From: an uncultured delta proteobacterium
Lineage (GTDB): Bacteria > Myxococcota_A > Polyangia > Fen-1088
Assembly: GCA_963737265.1 (NCBI GenBank)
Contig: CAVTRY010000007.1
Coordinates: 96,001-160,000 of the forward strand
DNA length: 64,000 bases
Direction: 5' to 3'
In this document: piece after piece, positions 1 through 10,258 of the stretch
How positions within the stretch are numbered: position 1 is the first letter of the stretch
Layout: every line of letters starts with the position of its first letter
Position numbers and translations under genes: made by a program
The notes under the pieces: model-generated
Database searches by the model: none
The model's input: only the letters and a program-made list of their open reading frames with translations
What the model was told of the DNA's origin: nothing

Positions 1-791
1 AGGACCTTTCGCCACAGCTCGATGGAGACGGCAGCCTTCTTCAGTTTCTCGGTGGCCAGCTTGGCCACCTCGGCCCATCGCCGCGCCCGTTCCGCCGGAT
101 CGGCGATGCGACCGACTTCCTGGCGAAGCACCGCCACCAGGCGCTCCCAGTCCCGCCGCTTTTCGTACATCTGCTTGAGAAAGCTGATGGCCTCGGGATT
201 GGCGGGATCGATCTCCAGGATCGCTTCGAAACACTTGATAGCCTCGGCCTGGTTGGAGAACTTGTCGATGTAAAGATTGGCCACGCGCAGGTGCAGCGCG
301 ATCTTTTCCTCGGCCGACCCGACGAGAGCGACCTTTTTCCGCAGCCACGCAATGATATCGGGCCAGCGCGGAGTCGCGCTTGCTTCGAGCTGCGCAATCA
401 GGGCATCCATCACCTGGAGGTTGCTGGGCTGAATGGCCAGGATGCGGTTGTACGAGTCGATGACGTTGACGTCGAGCTTGAGGTGCCGGCGGTAGATCTC
501 GACCATTTCCAGCAGCAGCGGAATCTTGTCGTCCGCTGCCGGCCAGGCCACCTTCTCCACGGCTTCTTTCAGAACTTCGACAAACGCCTTCCACCGCTCC
601 GCTTGCTTGTAGAGGCGCGCGAGCTCTCGGCGCGGCTCCCATGCGGTGGGCGCGCTGCCCGCTAGCTTCTTCCAGGCGTCGATGCCCTTCTCGACCGACT
701 GTCGCTCGGCGTCCATGGCCAAGCCTGCCTGCTTGCGAAGCTCGGTGGGGAAGTCATCTACGGTAGCGTTCGGGATCAGATCCATGCCCAC
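1..791 (-). CDS. Large TPR protein, AgmK/GltI-like gliding motility protein (N-terminal part; runs off window start)
   Basis: Not in the ORF track because it is open at the edge. My translation: (V)GMDLIPNATVDDFPTELRKQ...RRELARLYKQAERWKAFVEVL...EAIKCFEAILEIDPANPEAISFLKQMYEKRRDWERLVAVL, which is TPR-like and typical of AgmK/GltI. GGAGG SD precedes GTG 791 (alternative ATG 785). Lies downstream of gltG. Confidence 0.7.
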   Translation of the reverse strand, partial: MGMDLIPNATVDDFPTELRKQAGLAMDAERQSVEKGIDAWKKLAGSAPTAWEPRRELARLYKQAERWKAFVEVLKEAVEKVAWPAADDKIPLLLEMVEIYRRHLKLDVNVIDSYNRILAIQPSNLQVMDALIAQLEASATPRWPDIIAWLRKKVALVGSAEEKIALHLRVANLYIDKFSNQAEAIKCFEAILEIDPANPEAISFLKQMYEKRRDWERLVAVLRQEVGRIADPAERARRWAEVAKLATEKLKKAAVSIELWRKV

Positions 792-855
792 GTGTTCCTC
801 CGGGATGAAATGGGGCCAACTAGGAGCCGAAACCGGGTGGCATCGCCTCCCGCCC

Positions 856-881
856 AAGATGGGCTAAAAAGATGGGCTAAA
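856..881. repeat. Perfect 13-bp tandem duplication AAGATGGGCTAAA x2 upstream of the gltI-like gene
   Basis: Read directly from the sequence. Confidence 0.8.
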
Positions 882-1065
882 ACCGCGGAAAATGGAGCGT
901 TTTCATATCACGCGCCCTGGCCTACTAACAACGAGAATGAGGTCTTGGTGGATGAAGTTCTGGCTAGGATAGATCCGCCTTGTGTGCCTTCAAAACAACG
1001 CGGCGGGAGTACGAGTGCGCTCACTCTACCCCTACTGACCTCGACTGCGCCCCTTAATGCAGCAA

Positions 1066-1096
1066 AGGCACCAGAAGCGAAAGACCTCTGGTGCCT
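1066..1096 (-). terminator. Hairpin, probable terminator after the gltC-G/TPR operon
   Basis: AGGCACCAGA...TCTGGTGCCT 10-bp inverted repeat 25 nt after stop 1122; only a short T-run on the minus strand. Confidence 0.5.
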
Positions 1097-1121
1097 CATC
1101 TCACTAACTCTGGTTCTCTCT

Positions 1122-2009
1122 CTACGGTCCGCTCAGCGCGTACAGCTTGTCGTTTGCGGCCCGAACGAAGCCAGCCGCGGCGCCATCTTTGCCGCCGCCG
1201 GTCGCCACGTACTTTTGCAGATAGTCATGGGCGAGCTGCTTGTGCTCGTTGGAATGGGACTCTTCGTACCACTCCGCGTAGGTCATCCCGCAGTTATACA
1301 TGGCCTCGAATAGGTTGTTGTCGAGATCGATGGCCTCCTTAAACTCGTGAACGGCCTGGTCGTACTGCTTGAGCTGCTTGAGGGCGACGCCGTGAAAGTT
1401 ATAGCATTCGGCGCTGTTTTCATTCGCACGCACGCATTCTCCGAACACCTGGGCCGCTTCCTTGTCCGCGTCCCAGTTGAGATAGAGCTGCCCGAGGGCA
1501 ACAAACGGTTTGTCCATGCGTGGGTTCAGCTCGATGGCCTGGCGTAAGGCCGCGTCGGCTTCCTTGGGTTTTTCCTCGTAGACGTAGACCAATCCCAACC
1601 GCCAAAATGCCTTGAACAGCTTGGGGTCGAGATCCGTGGCTTTCTTCAGGGCAACCTCCGCCTTGTCGAGTTGTTTGGCCTCTAGGTAAGCCTCGCCGAG
1701 ATCGTAGTGGAAGTTGGCGTTGTCGGGACTCTTCTGCACCGCCGACTCGAAGGCCTCGATGGCTTTGTCCCACTTGCGTTGCGCCTGGTAAACCTTTCCG
1801 AGATTGTAGTACGCCTTCTCGTACGTGGGATCGGTCTGAATCGCCAGGCGCAGCTCGCGCTCCGACGCCTCGTAGCTGCGATTGGTAAACAGCTCGACGC
1901 CCTTGTTGGCAATTTCGATGGCCTTGATGCGACTTTGGCTGCATACGAAGGCATCGCAGGCCGGCAGCATGACCGCCAAGGCGAGTACAATCTTGAAATA
2001 GCGCCCCAT
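1122..2009 (-). CDS. TPR-repeat lipoprotein
   Basis: GGAGG SD before ATG 2009; signal peptide with lipobox-like LPAC; tandem TPRs (AYYNLGKVY, FHYDLGEAY, AFWRLGLVY, CYNFHGVAL, AMYNCGMTY). Confidence 0.85.
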   Translation of the reverse strand: MGRYFKIVLALAVMLPACDAFVCSQSRIKAIEIANKGVELFTNRSYEASERELRLAIQTDPTYEKAYYNLGKVYQAQRKWDKAIEAFESAVQKSPDNANFHYDLGEAYLEAKQLDKAEVALKKATDLDPKLFKAFWRLGLVYVYEEKPKEADAALRQAIELNPRMDKPFVALGQLYLNWDADKEAAQVFGECVRANENSAECYNFHGVALKQLKQYDQAVHEFKEAIDLDNNLFEAMYNCGMTYAEWYEESHSNEHKQLAHDYLQKYVATGGGKDGAAAGFVRAANDKLYALSGP

Positions 2010-2043
2010 GGGATCCTCCATTTAATCAGCGGACCGGGAGGTC

Positions 2044-4287
2044 CTATTCGCCCGCAGCGCCGGCCGTGAAGTTGAACGGATACGAGACGATGACGATACC
2101 ACCGCCCATGGGCTTCGGGAACTCCCAGCGACGAACCGCCTGAACGACGCAGTTTTCGACGCGGATGTTACTCATGGTCGAGCTCTGCAGAACCGAAGCA
2201 ATGACCTGTCCGGTGGCTGCGATCGTGAACTGAACCGAGACACGGCCGTTGAGATCAGGCTTCTTGGTGAGCTCCGACTCGTAGCAGTACTTCACCTCGT
2301 TAATGTGGCGCCGAATGATACGGCGGATGATTTCCTTGTCGAGCGAACCGCGCACGTTCGCCTGGCCAGGAATGACGTCTGGAGCCCTGGCCCGGCGTCC
2401 ACCGAGTCCGCCAGCGCCGCGGCCGTAGCCGGAACCGTTGCCGCCGCCACCGCCCTTGCCAATCGTGCCGAAGTTACCGAGACCGATCGTGCCTTCTCCG
2501 GTACCACCGCCACCGGTTCCCGTTCCGACCAGACCGAGACCGCCGACGCCGTAGGCCTCGCCGATTTCGTTGCCGATGAGCCCGCCCAAGACGTTGACGG
2601 AGTCAGAGCCTGCCGCCGTGTCGCGACCGAAGATCGACGCCAGGTGAGAGCCTTCCGACATCTTGAGAACGCCGAGAATACCTGCGTTCTTCGCATTCTC
2701 CTCGGCCAGCTTCTTCGCCAGGTGCGGATCGGGATTGTCCTTTGGCCCCTTGAGGCCATAGAGGCCCTCCTTGTTCTTGGAGGTCTTCTTGCCCATCTTG
2801 CCTTCTTCGCCCTTGTGGCGCTTGCCCTTCCCTCCCTGCTCGTCGGGACCCTTCTTCTTGAGCCATTCGGGGATCTCTTCTTCCTTTTCCTCCGGCGGCT
2901 TGATGAGGAAGTTCACGAACCGACTGTCCGCATTGAAGAGATCGAGAGACAGCGACTTCGGATCCGGCGGAACCGAGAAAATCATGAGCAAGAAAAGAGC
3001 GAGCGCCGCCGCCGTTCCGACAGTGTAGGCTTGCTCGCTCCAGCGCCAAATGAGAAACGGCACCGGCACCGCCCGCGGCCTTGCCGTGGCACTTACGAAA
3101 AACGTCGTGACGCCACAGTCGATCCTGGCTCGACCGCGATCGCCGAGAGAAAAACTGGGACCGCGCTGCTGTACGAATTGTTGCAGCGGAACCGAATGCC
3201 CGTCGAGGTGAACTTCGCCCGACATGCTAGGCGTCACGTTCACCAAGAAGTCTGCGCCCGTGGTCGACACCAAGGAGAACGCAGACGTTCCGATGAACTC
3301 CGGCCCAACTGGCGTATCCGCCGTGACATCCGAGCCGACGACAAAGTTCGGGTTCGATTTGCTACGCCGCTTGAGCCCCATGTAAACGAGTGCGATACCG
3401 GCGGCAATGCCACCAAACACGACAAAATCCAGGGCCGGCGATTGGTGCGCCCACTGGAAGTTCTTGGCCTCATTACCTGCATTCAGATATGCATCATACC
3501 TGGTCTTTTCTTGGCCAGCATTGATGATGGTGACGAAGAAGGTGATGAGTGCGACGAGCACGAAGGCAATACCAGCCGCAATGAAAGCCTTGGATTGGCC
3601 CGCGGTGCTCTTGCCGGTGGGATCGGTGAGGTACCGAGTGTTGATGACGATCCCGCGATAAATGGACTGGACCTCGATGGCCTTGCTGCCATCCATCACT
3701 TCGACTTCGGCGCCCACGTGGCTCGGCGCGCCGAAGGTCGGGGCAGCAAAGCCCGTCTGCGGAGCTGGAGCCGCCACTGCAACCGGCGGCGCAAACTGCG
3801 AACCTTGCGGCACTGATTGTTGCGGAACGACTTGCGCAGGCGGCGCGGCCTGCGCCGGAGGAACAGCCGCCGCACCTGCCGGAACGAAATGCATTGTGGA
3901 CGCAAACTGGGCGGCGGGACGGGTGGTCTGAGCCGGCACCGCGACCGGCGCTGGCGTGGCTTCCGTGCCCGCGCTGCCAGTCGAAAACGCCACAACTACT
4001 CGCACATCGCCAAAGTAGACTTGGTCGCCAGACTTGAGAATCGCCTTGTTGATTCTCTCCCCGTTGACCAGCGTTCCCCGTGTCGAGCCGAGATCGATGA
4101 GCTGAACCTCTCCCGGTCCCGTCACCTCGACGACAGCGTGCATGCGCGACACCGTTTCGTCGTCTAGTCGGAGATGCGAGGAAGCGAGCTTACCGATTTT
4201 GATCACGGCCTCGTTCAGGGTCTCTTCTCGCACCAGCTGATCCCCTTTGAAGATCTGAAATTTGATGGGGATTGGGACGTTGGCCAT
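2044..4287 (-). CDS. gltG: Gliding motility protein GltG-like (FHA + TM + Gly-rich linker + TonB-C/AgmX-PglI C-terminal domain)
   Basis: N-terminal FHA (IKIGK...VSRMHAVVE...DLGSTRGTLVNG); C-terminal GSLDKEIIRRIIRRHINEVKYCYE...WEFPKPMGGGIVIVSYPFNF; gene order gltD-E-F-G. Confidence 0.85.
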   Translation of the reverse strand: MANVPIPIKFQIFKGDQLVREETLNEAVIKIGKLASSHLRLDDETVSRMHAVVEVTGPGEVQLIDLGSTRGTLVNGERINKAILKSGDQVYFGDVRVVVAFSTGSAGTEATPAPVAVPAQTTRPAAQFASTMHFVPAGAAAVPPAQAAPPAQVVPQQSVPQGSQFAPPVAVAAPAPQTGFAAPTFGAPSHVGAEVEVMDGSKAIEVQSIYRGIVINTRYLTDPTGKSTAGQSKAFIAAGIAFVLVALITFFVTIINAGQEKTRYDAYLNAGNEAKNFQWAHQSPALDFVVFGGIAAGIALVYMGLKRRSKSNPNFVVGSDVTADTPVGPEFIGTSAFSLVSTTGADFLVNVTPSMSGEVHLDGHSVPLQQFVQQRGPSFSLGDRGRARIDCGVTTFFVSATARPRAVPVPFLIWRWSEQAYTVGTAAALALFLLMIFSVPPDPKSLSLDLFNADSRFVNFLIKPPEEKEEEIPEWLKKKGPDEQGGKGKRHKGEEGKMGKKTSKNKEGLYGLKGPKDNPDPHLAKKLAEENAKNAGILGVLKMSEGSHLASIFGRDTAAGSDSVNVLGGLIGNEIGEAYGVGGLGLVGTGTGGGGTGEGTIGLGNFGTIGKGGGGGNGSGYGRGAGGLGGRRARAPDVIPGQANVRGSLDKEIIRRIIRRHINEVKYCYESELTKKPDLNGRVSVQFTIAATGQVIASVLQSSTMSNIRVENCVVQAVRRWEFPKPMGGGIVIVSYPFNFTAGAAGE

Positions 4288-4418
4288 GGGGTTCTCCTTG
4301 TCTGTCTTACGTCAGCGGCGGCCTGGGGCCGCCGCCGGAAACGGGTGACTCTGAAGCGAAGCCCGATCGCCTCGGAAGGCAGTCGGAACCTGCGTCTAGA
4401 TGTCTTTCTGAATATCCT

Positions 4419-4673
4419 TTAAATGTCCTCGAGCGACTTGAGCATTTCAGGGATGAAGTCTTTCCGGATCTCAATGAGGCTTTCGTGCTGGGCTTTGTTG
4501 ATGGAATTCACCAACTCGCCATCCGGACGCTGCAAGTCTCCCTCGACGTTGTCGTCTTCAAAGTCGTACACGGTCTTGGACTTGTAAGCCGCATTGTCAC
4601 CGCTTGCCTCTTGCGCAACCGCGCTACCCACCCCGGTGAGGCTCAGGACCGCTATCATTGCGAAAATTTTCAT
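4419..4673 (-). CDS. gltF: Gliding motility protein GltF/CglF
   Basis: 84 aa with signal peptide and motif KTVYDFEDDNVEGDLQRPDGE...SLIEIRKDFIPEMLKS; AAGGAG SD; sits between gltE and gltG. Confidence 0.85.
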   Translation of the reverse strand: MKIFAMIAVLSLTGVGSAVAQEASGDNAAYKSKTVYDFEDDNVEGDLQRPDGELVNSINKAQHESLIEIRKDFIPEMLKSLEDI

Positions 4674-4788
4674 AGCGTTATCTCCTTACTCTTCAGGGCA
4701 GACACCTTGGTCTGCCGGTATTGACAACTGAGACCGGGTGAGGTTCCCAACTTTTTCAGGAATCGTCCGGTCAGTGGAAGTCTAACCT

Positions 4789-6651
4789 CTATTTCTTCTT
4801 CTTCTTGCTGTCCGGCGTTTTTTTGCCCGTGCCAGCGCTACCAGTGTCGGAGCTGTCTCCGGCTGCCTTGTCGCTCGTCGCGTCGCCCTGTGCGCTCGTG
4901 TCAGCTGCAGCAGCCTTGTCCGGGGCCCCCTTCGCGGCCTTGTCGGCTTCAGCCTTCGCCTTCTTGTCGGCGTCCGCCTTCGCCTTGTCTTCCTCGGCCT
5001 TTTTCTTGTCGGCCTCGGCCTTGGCCTTGTCATCTTCGGCTTTCTTCTTATCGGCCTCAACCTTCGCCTTCTCGTCGGCCTCCTGCTTCTTCATCTGATC
5101 TTCCATCTGCTTTTGCTGCGCTTCCGCCTTGCGCTGCATCTCTTCCGCTTCCTTCATCATCTGCTCCGCCTCTTTCAAGGCGGCGAAGGTTTCGTCGATG
5201 TCCTTGATGCGCTTCTCCGCATCCTTGCGCATCTTGGGCGACTGAGCGCGCGACAGGTAGTCGCGGTAGTAGGCTTGCGCCTTCTGCAGCATAGGCTTGT
5301 CGCTTCCACCCTTGTACTCTTGGTAGAGAACCCCCAGATTGAAGTAGGCATCGGGCCGCTGTGGATCTCGCATCCTGGCCCGGTTGTACTCGGCCTCGGC
5401 TTCGTCGAATTTCTTGCTTCCACGAAGTGCCACCCCGAGGCCGATGATGGCCTCGTAGTTCTTCGGTTGGGCCTTCAAGACCTCACGGAGGTTCTGCTCG
5501 GCGATCTCGTAGTTTCGGAATTTAAGCGACAACGCGGCCAAATTGAGGCGCGCTTCGTAGAGCGCCGGATCGTTTTCCACCGCGTGGGTATAGTTCTTGA
5601 TCGCCTCGGTGTAGTTCTTCTTGGCAAGGGCAATCATGCCGAGGGTGTTGTATACGACGCCAATCGCTTTCTTCATTTCCGTTGTGTAGCCCGTGCCACC
5701 GGCGCCCTCTTCCGCCTTGGCCCCTTCCTCTTTCGCCTCCTCCTTCTCCTTCTTGGCCTTGCCCTTCTTGCCTTTCTTGCCAGTTTCTTCCGCGACAGCC
5801 GACTCGTCCTCGAAAACGCCGGTGGCGATTTCCTTGGCGCGCTTGATGGCCTGCGCGCCCACCAGCTTCGCCGCCTCGGGCAAACCGAGGTCATAATAGA
5901 TGTAGGTCAGGCCGGCATAGGCCTGGAGGCTATTCCCATCCAAAGCCAGGACGGTACGCAGGTGGCGCACGGCCTGGTCATTGAGAGGCTTTTTCTCGCT
6001 GTCGCTCACCGTTCGCGCGCGCTCGCGCAGGATTTGCGCCAGATTGATTCGTGCGAAAATCGATCCGGTGAGAGGATCGGCCTGCACGGAACGATTGAAG
6101 TACGACTCTGCGCCCGCCTTGTTACCCGTCTGCCAGGTCAAGTATCCCAGGTTGGCAAGGGCCGGCGCATAGGGTTTGGCGCCACTTGCCATCGCGTTCC
6201 AGATGGCGACGGCATCGTCCTTCCTTCCGCATTCCAGATAGACAGTCGCCTCGTTGTTGCGGGCCTCAAGCAAGGCGGGCGCCTGGTTCGCCAGTTTCTT
6301 GAACGCACTCGAAAGCGAGCTGCAGTCGGAGGGATTGAGCGCCCCTGTCTTCCTAGCCTTGTGGTAATCGGCGACGATCTTGTCGAAGGTTGCCTTCTGG
6401 TCCTCCGTGATTTGACGGTCAGACGCCCTCTTCTTGGCCAGCGGAATTTCGGCCGGCCCGCTTTCCGCCGCCGCCGCATTGTGCGCGCCCGCAGGAGCCC
6501 CGCCTTCCTCTTCGTCGGGAAGGGGCGCCCTCTCTTTTCCAGACGTTCCACCTGACGTCGAAGTCGCGCAACCCGCAGCCAAGAGCGCCAGAGCAGAGGC
6601 AGTGAACAAGGTCCTGATCGACCACATTCCAAGTCGTCCGTGCATGGTCAT
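4789..6651 (-). CDS. gltE: Gliding motility TPR lipoprotein GltE-like with charged C-terminal tail
   Basis: Lipobox LAAGC; multiple TPRs (VYNTLGMIAL, ARLNLAALSL, AYFNLGVLY); K/A/E/D repeat tail; position in cluster. Confidence 0.8.
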   Translation of the reverse strand: MTMHGRLGMWSIRTLFTASALALLAAGCATSTSGGTSGKERAPLPDEEEGGAPAGAHNAAAAESGPAEIPLAKKRASDRQITEDQKATFDKIVADYHKARKTGALNPSDCSSLSSAFKKLANQAPALLEARNNEATVYLECGRKDDAVAIWNAMASGAKPYAPALANLGYLTWQTGNKAGAESYFNRSVQADPLTGSIFARINLAQILRERARTVSDSEKKPLNDQAVRHLRTVLALDGNSLQAYAGLTYIYYDLGLPEAAKLVGAQAIKRAKEIATGVFEDESAVAEETGKKGKKGKAKKEKEEAKEEGAKAEEGAGGTGYTTEMKKAIGVVYNTLGMIALAKKNYTEAIKNYTHAVENDPALYEARLNLAALSLKFRNYEIAEQNLREVLKAQPKNYEAIIGLGVALRGSKKFDEAEAEYNRARMRDPQRPDAYFNLGVLYQEYKGGSDKPMLQKAQAYYRDYLSRAQSPKMRKDAEKRIKDIDETFAALKEAEQMMKEAEEMQRKAEAQQKQMEDQMKKQEADEKAKVEADKKKAEDDKAKAEADKKKAEEDKAKADADKKAKAEADKAAKGAPDKAAAADTSAQGDATSDKAAGDSSDTGSAGTGKKTPDSKKKKK

Positions 6652-6660
6652 TCCTGGCTC

Positions 6661-9600
6661 CTACTGGTTCGAAGTAACTTGAAGATCGTCGGGCAACTCG
6701 GACACCACGGCAGCCGGGGTGATGGGTGTCGACACGTAGCCGGGTTCGGGCTTCGCTTCGGCCGCGAGCGGGTATTCGCTAGGTTTGAGCTGGTTGAGCT
6801 CAACCTCGCACAGAGTCGACCATTCGTTGAACCACGATTCCTTGGTTGCGGCCTTGAGACACAAATCGTAACCGACGACCGCCTTGGACTCGATGGGCTC
6901 GGCCTTGTCGACCAAGGCGTCGCAGAAGATTTCCCGCGGGCGATTACCCCACTCGTCCTGCTCTTTGAGATCCTTGGGGATTTCGGCCGTGTAGAGCTGG
7001 TTGACGAAGTCCGCGAAGACCTGGCCGATGCGCGCCGACGCCGCGATGGTCCAGTGGGCCACGTGATAGTCGAGAACGTAGTCGTACATGCCCTTCTTGT
7101 CCGCGCTCGGGCCGGCCAGACGGTTGGCGAGGTTGGACTTCTCGGTCAAGTAGGCGAGGAACTTCTTTTGCGAGTCCTCGAACTTCTTCTTCTTCGCCTC
7201 GGCAACCCGCTTGCTGTCGAATTGGGTCGGCTGCTGGAAATCAAGCCCTTGCGGGAACTTGACCTTGAGGAACTGCTCGTAGACCTGTTCCGCCTGGTAG
7301 AATGCTGCGCCTGCCACCGCGAAGCGCATGAAGACATCGCGCGCGGCTGCCTCGCCGGGATTGGGAACCTGGCTTTGCAGCTTCTTCTCGGCCTCGCCCT
7401 TGGCCCACAACTTCAGCACCTCGGTGAAGTGTTTCTGCCCTTCGGAGGCCGGTTTCGACGAGCGATCGTAGACCGTGATCTTCGAGCTGGTTGGCGGACC
7501 GCACTGGGTGCGCAGCTTCTCCTTGAGCTTCTTTTTCCTGTCCTTGATGCCCTGGTTGATCTGGTAGAGCGCCTTGGCCTTTCCGTTCATGGTCACGCGG
7601 TCGATCTTGAGGCACGCGCCGTTGACCCCTTCCTGGGGGCACGACCTCTTCCAAGAAATCTCGCCCAGCTTGAAGTGGGCGATGATCTGCTTGTCGATAC
7701 CGCCCTTGGCTCCCCACTTCTTGAGGTACGCGTCGAGGTGCTTGGCAAGCTCGTCCGTCTTGCCCTGCTTCTCGTACACCTCGCTCATCTGAAACACGAC
7801 GTTGGCCGCATCGGCAGGTTTCTTGTCGCCGTAGTACTTGACGAAGCTGTTCATATCCTCGACGGCCTTGTCGAATTCGCCCAAGCCGATGCGGAAGGAG
7901 TAGGCATTGCCGAGCGCGGTGAACGCCTGCTTTTCACCCGGAAACTTGCCGGCGAATTCCTCGTAGCGCTTTGCAGCCTCGGAATAGTAGGCAAGCTGGT
8001 GGTAGCCAGAGGCGATTTGGAACAGCGCCCGCTGCGCCAACACGTCCTTGGGGTGATCCTTGATGAGCTGCTCGCGCGCCTTGATGGCCTGGCCGATGAG
8101 CCGAGCGTTCTGGAAGCAAAGACCCGCGTTGTAAAGGCGCTGGGCGTGATCCTTGTGGTCCGGAATGGTTTCCGCCGCCGCCACGAACGAGATGCCGCAT
8201 TCCTTGTAGTTCTTGTCCTTCTCGTACTGCTTCGCCTCGGCCACCAAGCTGTCGGTCTTGAGCGAGACCATCTGCTTGCGGAATTCCTGATCCTTCATGA
8301 GGACCGGGTTGGCGAGGAACTTCTCGACGGTCGCGAGCAGTTCCTTGTAGTGCTTGAGGATGTTGAGACAGTCGAGAAGCAGGTTGGCCGAGTAAATGGC
8401 GAGCTCGTCGGTCACGTGATGATCGACGATGTCCTGGAATAGCTTGATGGCCTCGTCGAAGTGGTTGTAGTCGTAGAAGACCCGCGCCTTGCGGTACTTG
8501 ATCTTCACCAGCTCCGGCGCATCCGGCACATACTTGATGTAGGTATCGAAAGCCCCGATCATCTTCTTCTGATACTCGGGAATCTGGCGCGGTTTGAGAT
8601 CCTTGTTGCCCTTGTCCTTGTCGACTTCATCGCCGCTGTCGCTGATGTTAAGAGCGTTCTTCCACGCGAGCACGGCCGCGTAGGCGGATTCCTTGACGTA
8701 CTTGCCCTTGGGATCCAGCTCGACGACCTTGGTGTAGGTTTCCGCGGCTTCTTTCCAAGCGGCCATCTGCCACAGAATTTCTCCGTAGTAGAAGGTCATC
8801 TCGGCCGAGTCCTTCTCGTTGGTGAAGTGGCTGAGGAATTCCTTGTAGACCATGCCCGCCAACTGGTACGTGTCGGCGTTCTTAGTCCGCTGCGCTTCCT
8901 TGTGCCAGATGAGAGCGAGTTCCTTGCCGGTGTCGTGGTACGAGTTCTTGCATTCGGCGAGGACGTCCTTCTTGACGCCCTCCTTCTTGGAAATCGCCTC
9001 GTAGACATTGCCCAGGCGCTTGAGCTCCTGCACCTGATCCTTCTTGTTTCCGCCGGACAGCGTGTTGCGCAAAATCTTATTCTGCCACTCGCACAAACGG
9101 GACGATTCCTTTCCCTCGGCGTTGAGCGTGATGATCTTGCGATAGATCTTCGAAGACTCGGGGAACATGCCTTGTTCCCAGTAGAGCTCGGCAAGAGCCT
9201 CAAGCATCTTCGGGGCATAATCGCCGCCCATCCGCACGAAGAAATCCCAAGCCTTGTCCGGGCTGGCGCCGGGCGTCCGCGCATAGGCCTTGACCAAGTC
9301 CTTCTTCGCTTCTTTTTCAAGCGGTCCCGCCTGGTTCTTGGAAATCTTGCCGTCTCGGCACAGCTGGATGACCTTGACGAAAATCTCCAGGGCGCCCTTG
9401 AAGTTGCCAAGATTGATTTCGACCCAGCCCTTCTTGTAGAGAGCGAAGCCGAACACCGAGGAGCCCGGGAACTGCTCGACCTTTTCGTAGAACTTGAGGG
9501 CGCTCTCCATCTCGCCCTTCTGGAAGTAGAACTCGGCGAAAGACAGGTACGCGTTGGGAACGTACTTCGACTGGGGATAATCCTTGATCAAGCGATGGAA

Positions 9601-10218
9601 AAACTCGCGAGCCTGATCCTCTTTCTTGATCGCCTGCAGCAGATACGCGAGGCGGAAGAGCACCTCGTCCATGCGGTTGTACTTCGGGTACTTGGAGGCT
9701 TGCACGTAGCTCTTGACCGCCTCCACCGACCACTTCTCGGACTCTTTATCGAGCTGCTGCTGCTTCTGCTTCAGGCTATTCGCGTCCGATGTTTTCTTCG
9801 CCTGCTGTGCCTCGAAGATCTTCTGATCGAGACCACGCGCCTTAAAGCCGAACGCCCGCTGAGTCTCGGCGTAGAGCTCGCCGAGACGAAAGTAGTAGTC
9901 CGGTTTCTGCGGATCGTCCTCGGACGCGCTCTGGATGAGATCCTGCATGATTCGGATCTGTTTCATCGTGACGACGACGACCTTGTTCTGCTGCTGCCCC
10001 ACGAAGGCGTCGACCGTCAGCACCGGCCCGGTCTGTTTCCGTTGCTCCTTGACCGGCTCCTTGGGCTTGGTCAGCTCGGTTTGCGTCCCGCCTTGGACCT
10101 CGATTTCCTTCTTCTTGAACTTGGCGTCGTCCGCGCGGACCACCTGCGTGCCGAAGGTGGCCGCCACGAAAAAGGCGCCCAACGAGGCGTATCGTGTGAA
10201 TCGTCGATTACTCGTCAT
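6661..10218 (-). CDS. gltD: Gliding motility TPR protein GltD/AgmU-like
   Basis: Likely start ATG 10218 (MTSNRRF...VVRA signal peptide) rather than 10449; ~1185 aa of TPRs (DYYFRLGELY, DEVLFRLAYLL, HRLIKDYPQSKYVPNAYLSFAEFYF); between gltC and gltE. Confidence 0.8.
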   Translation of the reverse strand: MTSNRRFTRYASLGAFFVAATFGTQVVRADDAKFKKKEIEVQGGTQTELTKPKEPVKEQRKQTGPVLTVDAFVGQQQNKVVVVTMKQIRIMQDLIQSASEDDPQKPDYYFRLGELYAETQRAFGFKARGLDQKIFEAQQAKKTSDANSLKQKQQQLDKESEKWSVEAVKSYVQASKYPKYNRMDEVLFRLAYLLQAIKKEDQAREFFHRLIKDYPQSKYVPNAYLSFAEFYFQKGEMESALKFYEKVEQFPGSSVFGFALYKKGWVEINLGNFKGALEIFVKVIQLCRDGKISKNQAGPLEKEAKKDLVKAYARTPGASPDKAWDFFVRMGGDYAPKMLEALAELYWEQGMFPESSKIYRKIITLNAEGKESSRLCEWQNKILRNTLSGGNKKDQVQELKRLGNVYEAISKKEGVKKDVLAECKNSYHDTGKELALIWHKEAQRTKNADTYQLAGMVYKEFLSHFTNEKDSAEMTFYYGEILWQMAAWKEAAETYTKVVELDPKGKYVKESAYAAVLAWKNALNISDSGDEVDKDKGNKDLKPRQIPEYQKKMIGAFDTYIKYVPDAPELVKIKYRKARVFYDYNHFDEAIKLFQDIVDHHVTDELAIYSANLLLDCLNILKHYKELLATVEKFLANPVLMKDQEFRKQMVSLKTDSLVAEAKQYEKDKNYKECGISFVAAAETIPDHKDHAQRLYNAGLCFQNARLIGQAIKAREQLIKDHPKDVLAQRALFQIASGYHQLAYYSEAAKRYEEFAGKFPGEKQAFTALGNAYSFRIGLGEFDKAVEDMNSFVKYYGDKKPADAANVVFQMSEVYEKQGKTDELAKHLDAYLKKWGAKGGIDKQIIAHFKLGEISWKRSCPQEGVNGACLKIDRVTMNGKAKALYQINQGIKDRKKKLKEKLRTQCGPPTSSKITVYDRSSKPASEGQKHFTEVLKLWAKGEAEKKLQSQVPNPGEAAARDVFMRFAVAGAAFYQAEQVYEQFLKVKFPQGLDFQQPTQFDSKRVAEAKKKKFEDSQKKFLAYLTEKSNLANRLAGPSADKKGMYDYVLDYHVAHWTIAASARIGQVFADFVNQLYTAEIPKDLKEQDEWGNRPREIFCDALVDKAEPIESKAVVGYDLCLKAATKESWFNEWSTLCEVELNQLKPSEYPLAAEAKPEPGYVSTPITPAAVVSELPDDLQVTSNQ

Positions 10219-10258
10219 TTTTGCGTCCTTGCTCTTCTGTCGAAGTACCTTGATCGTG

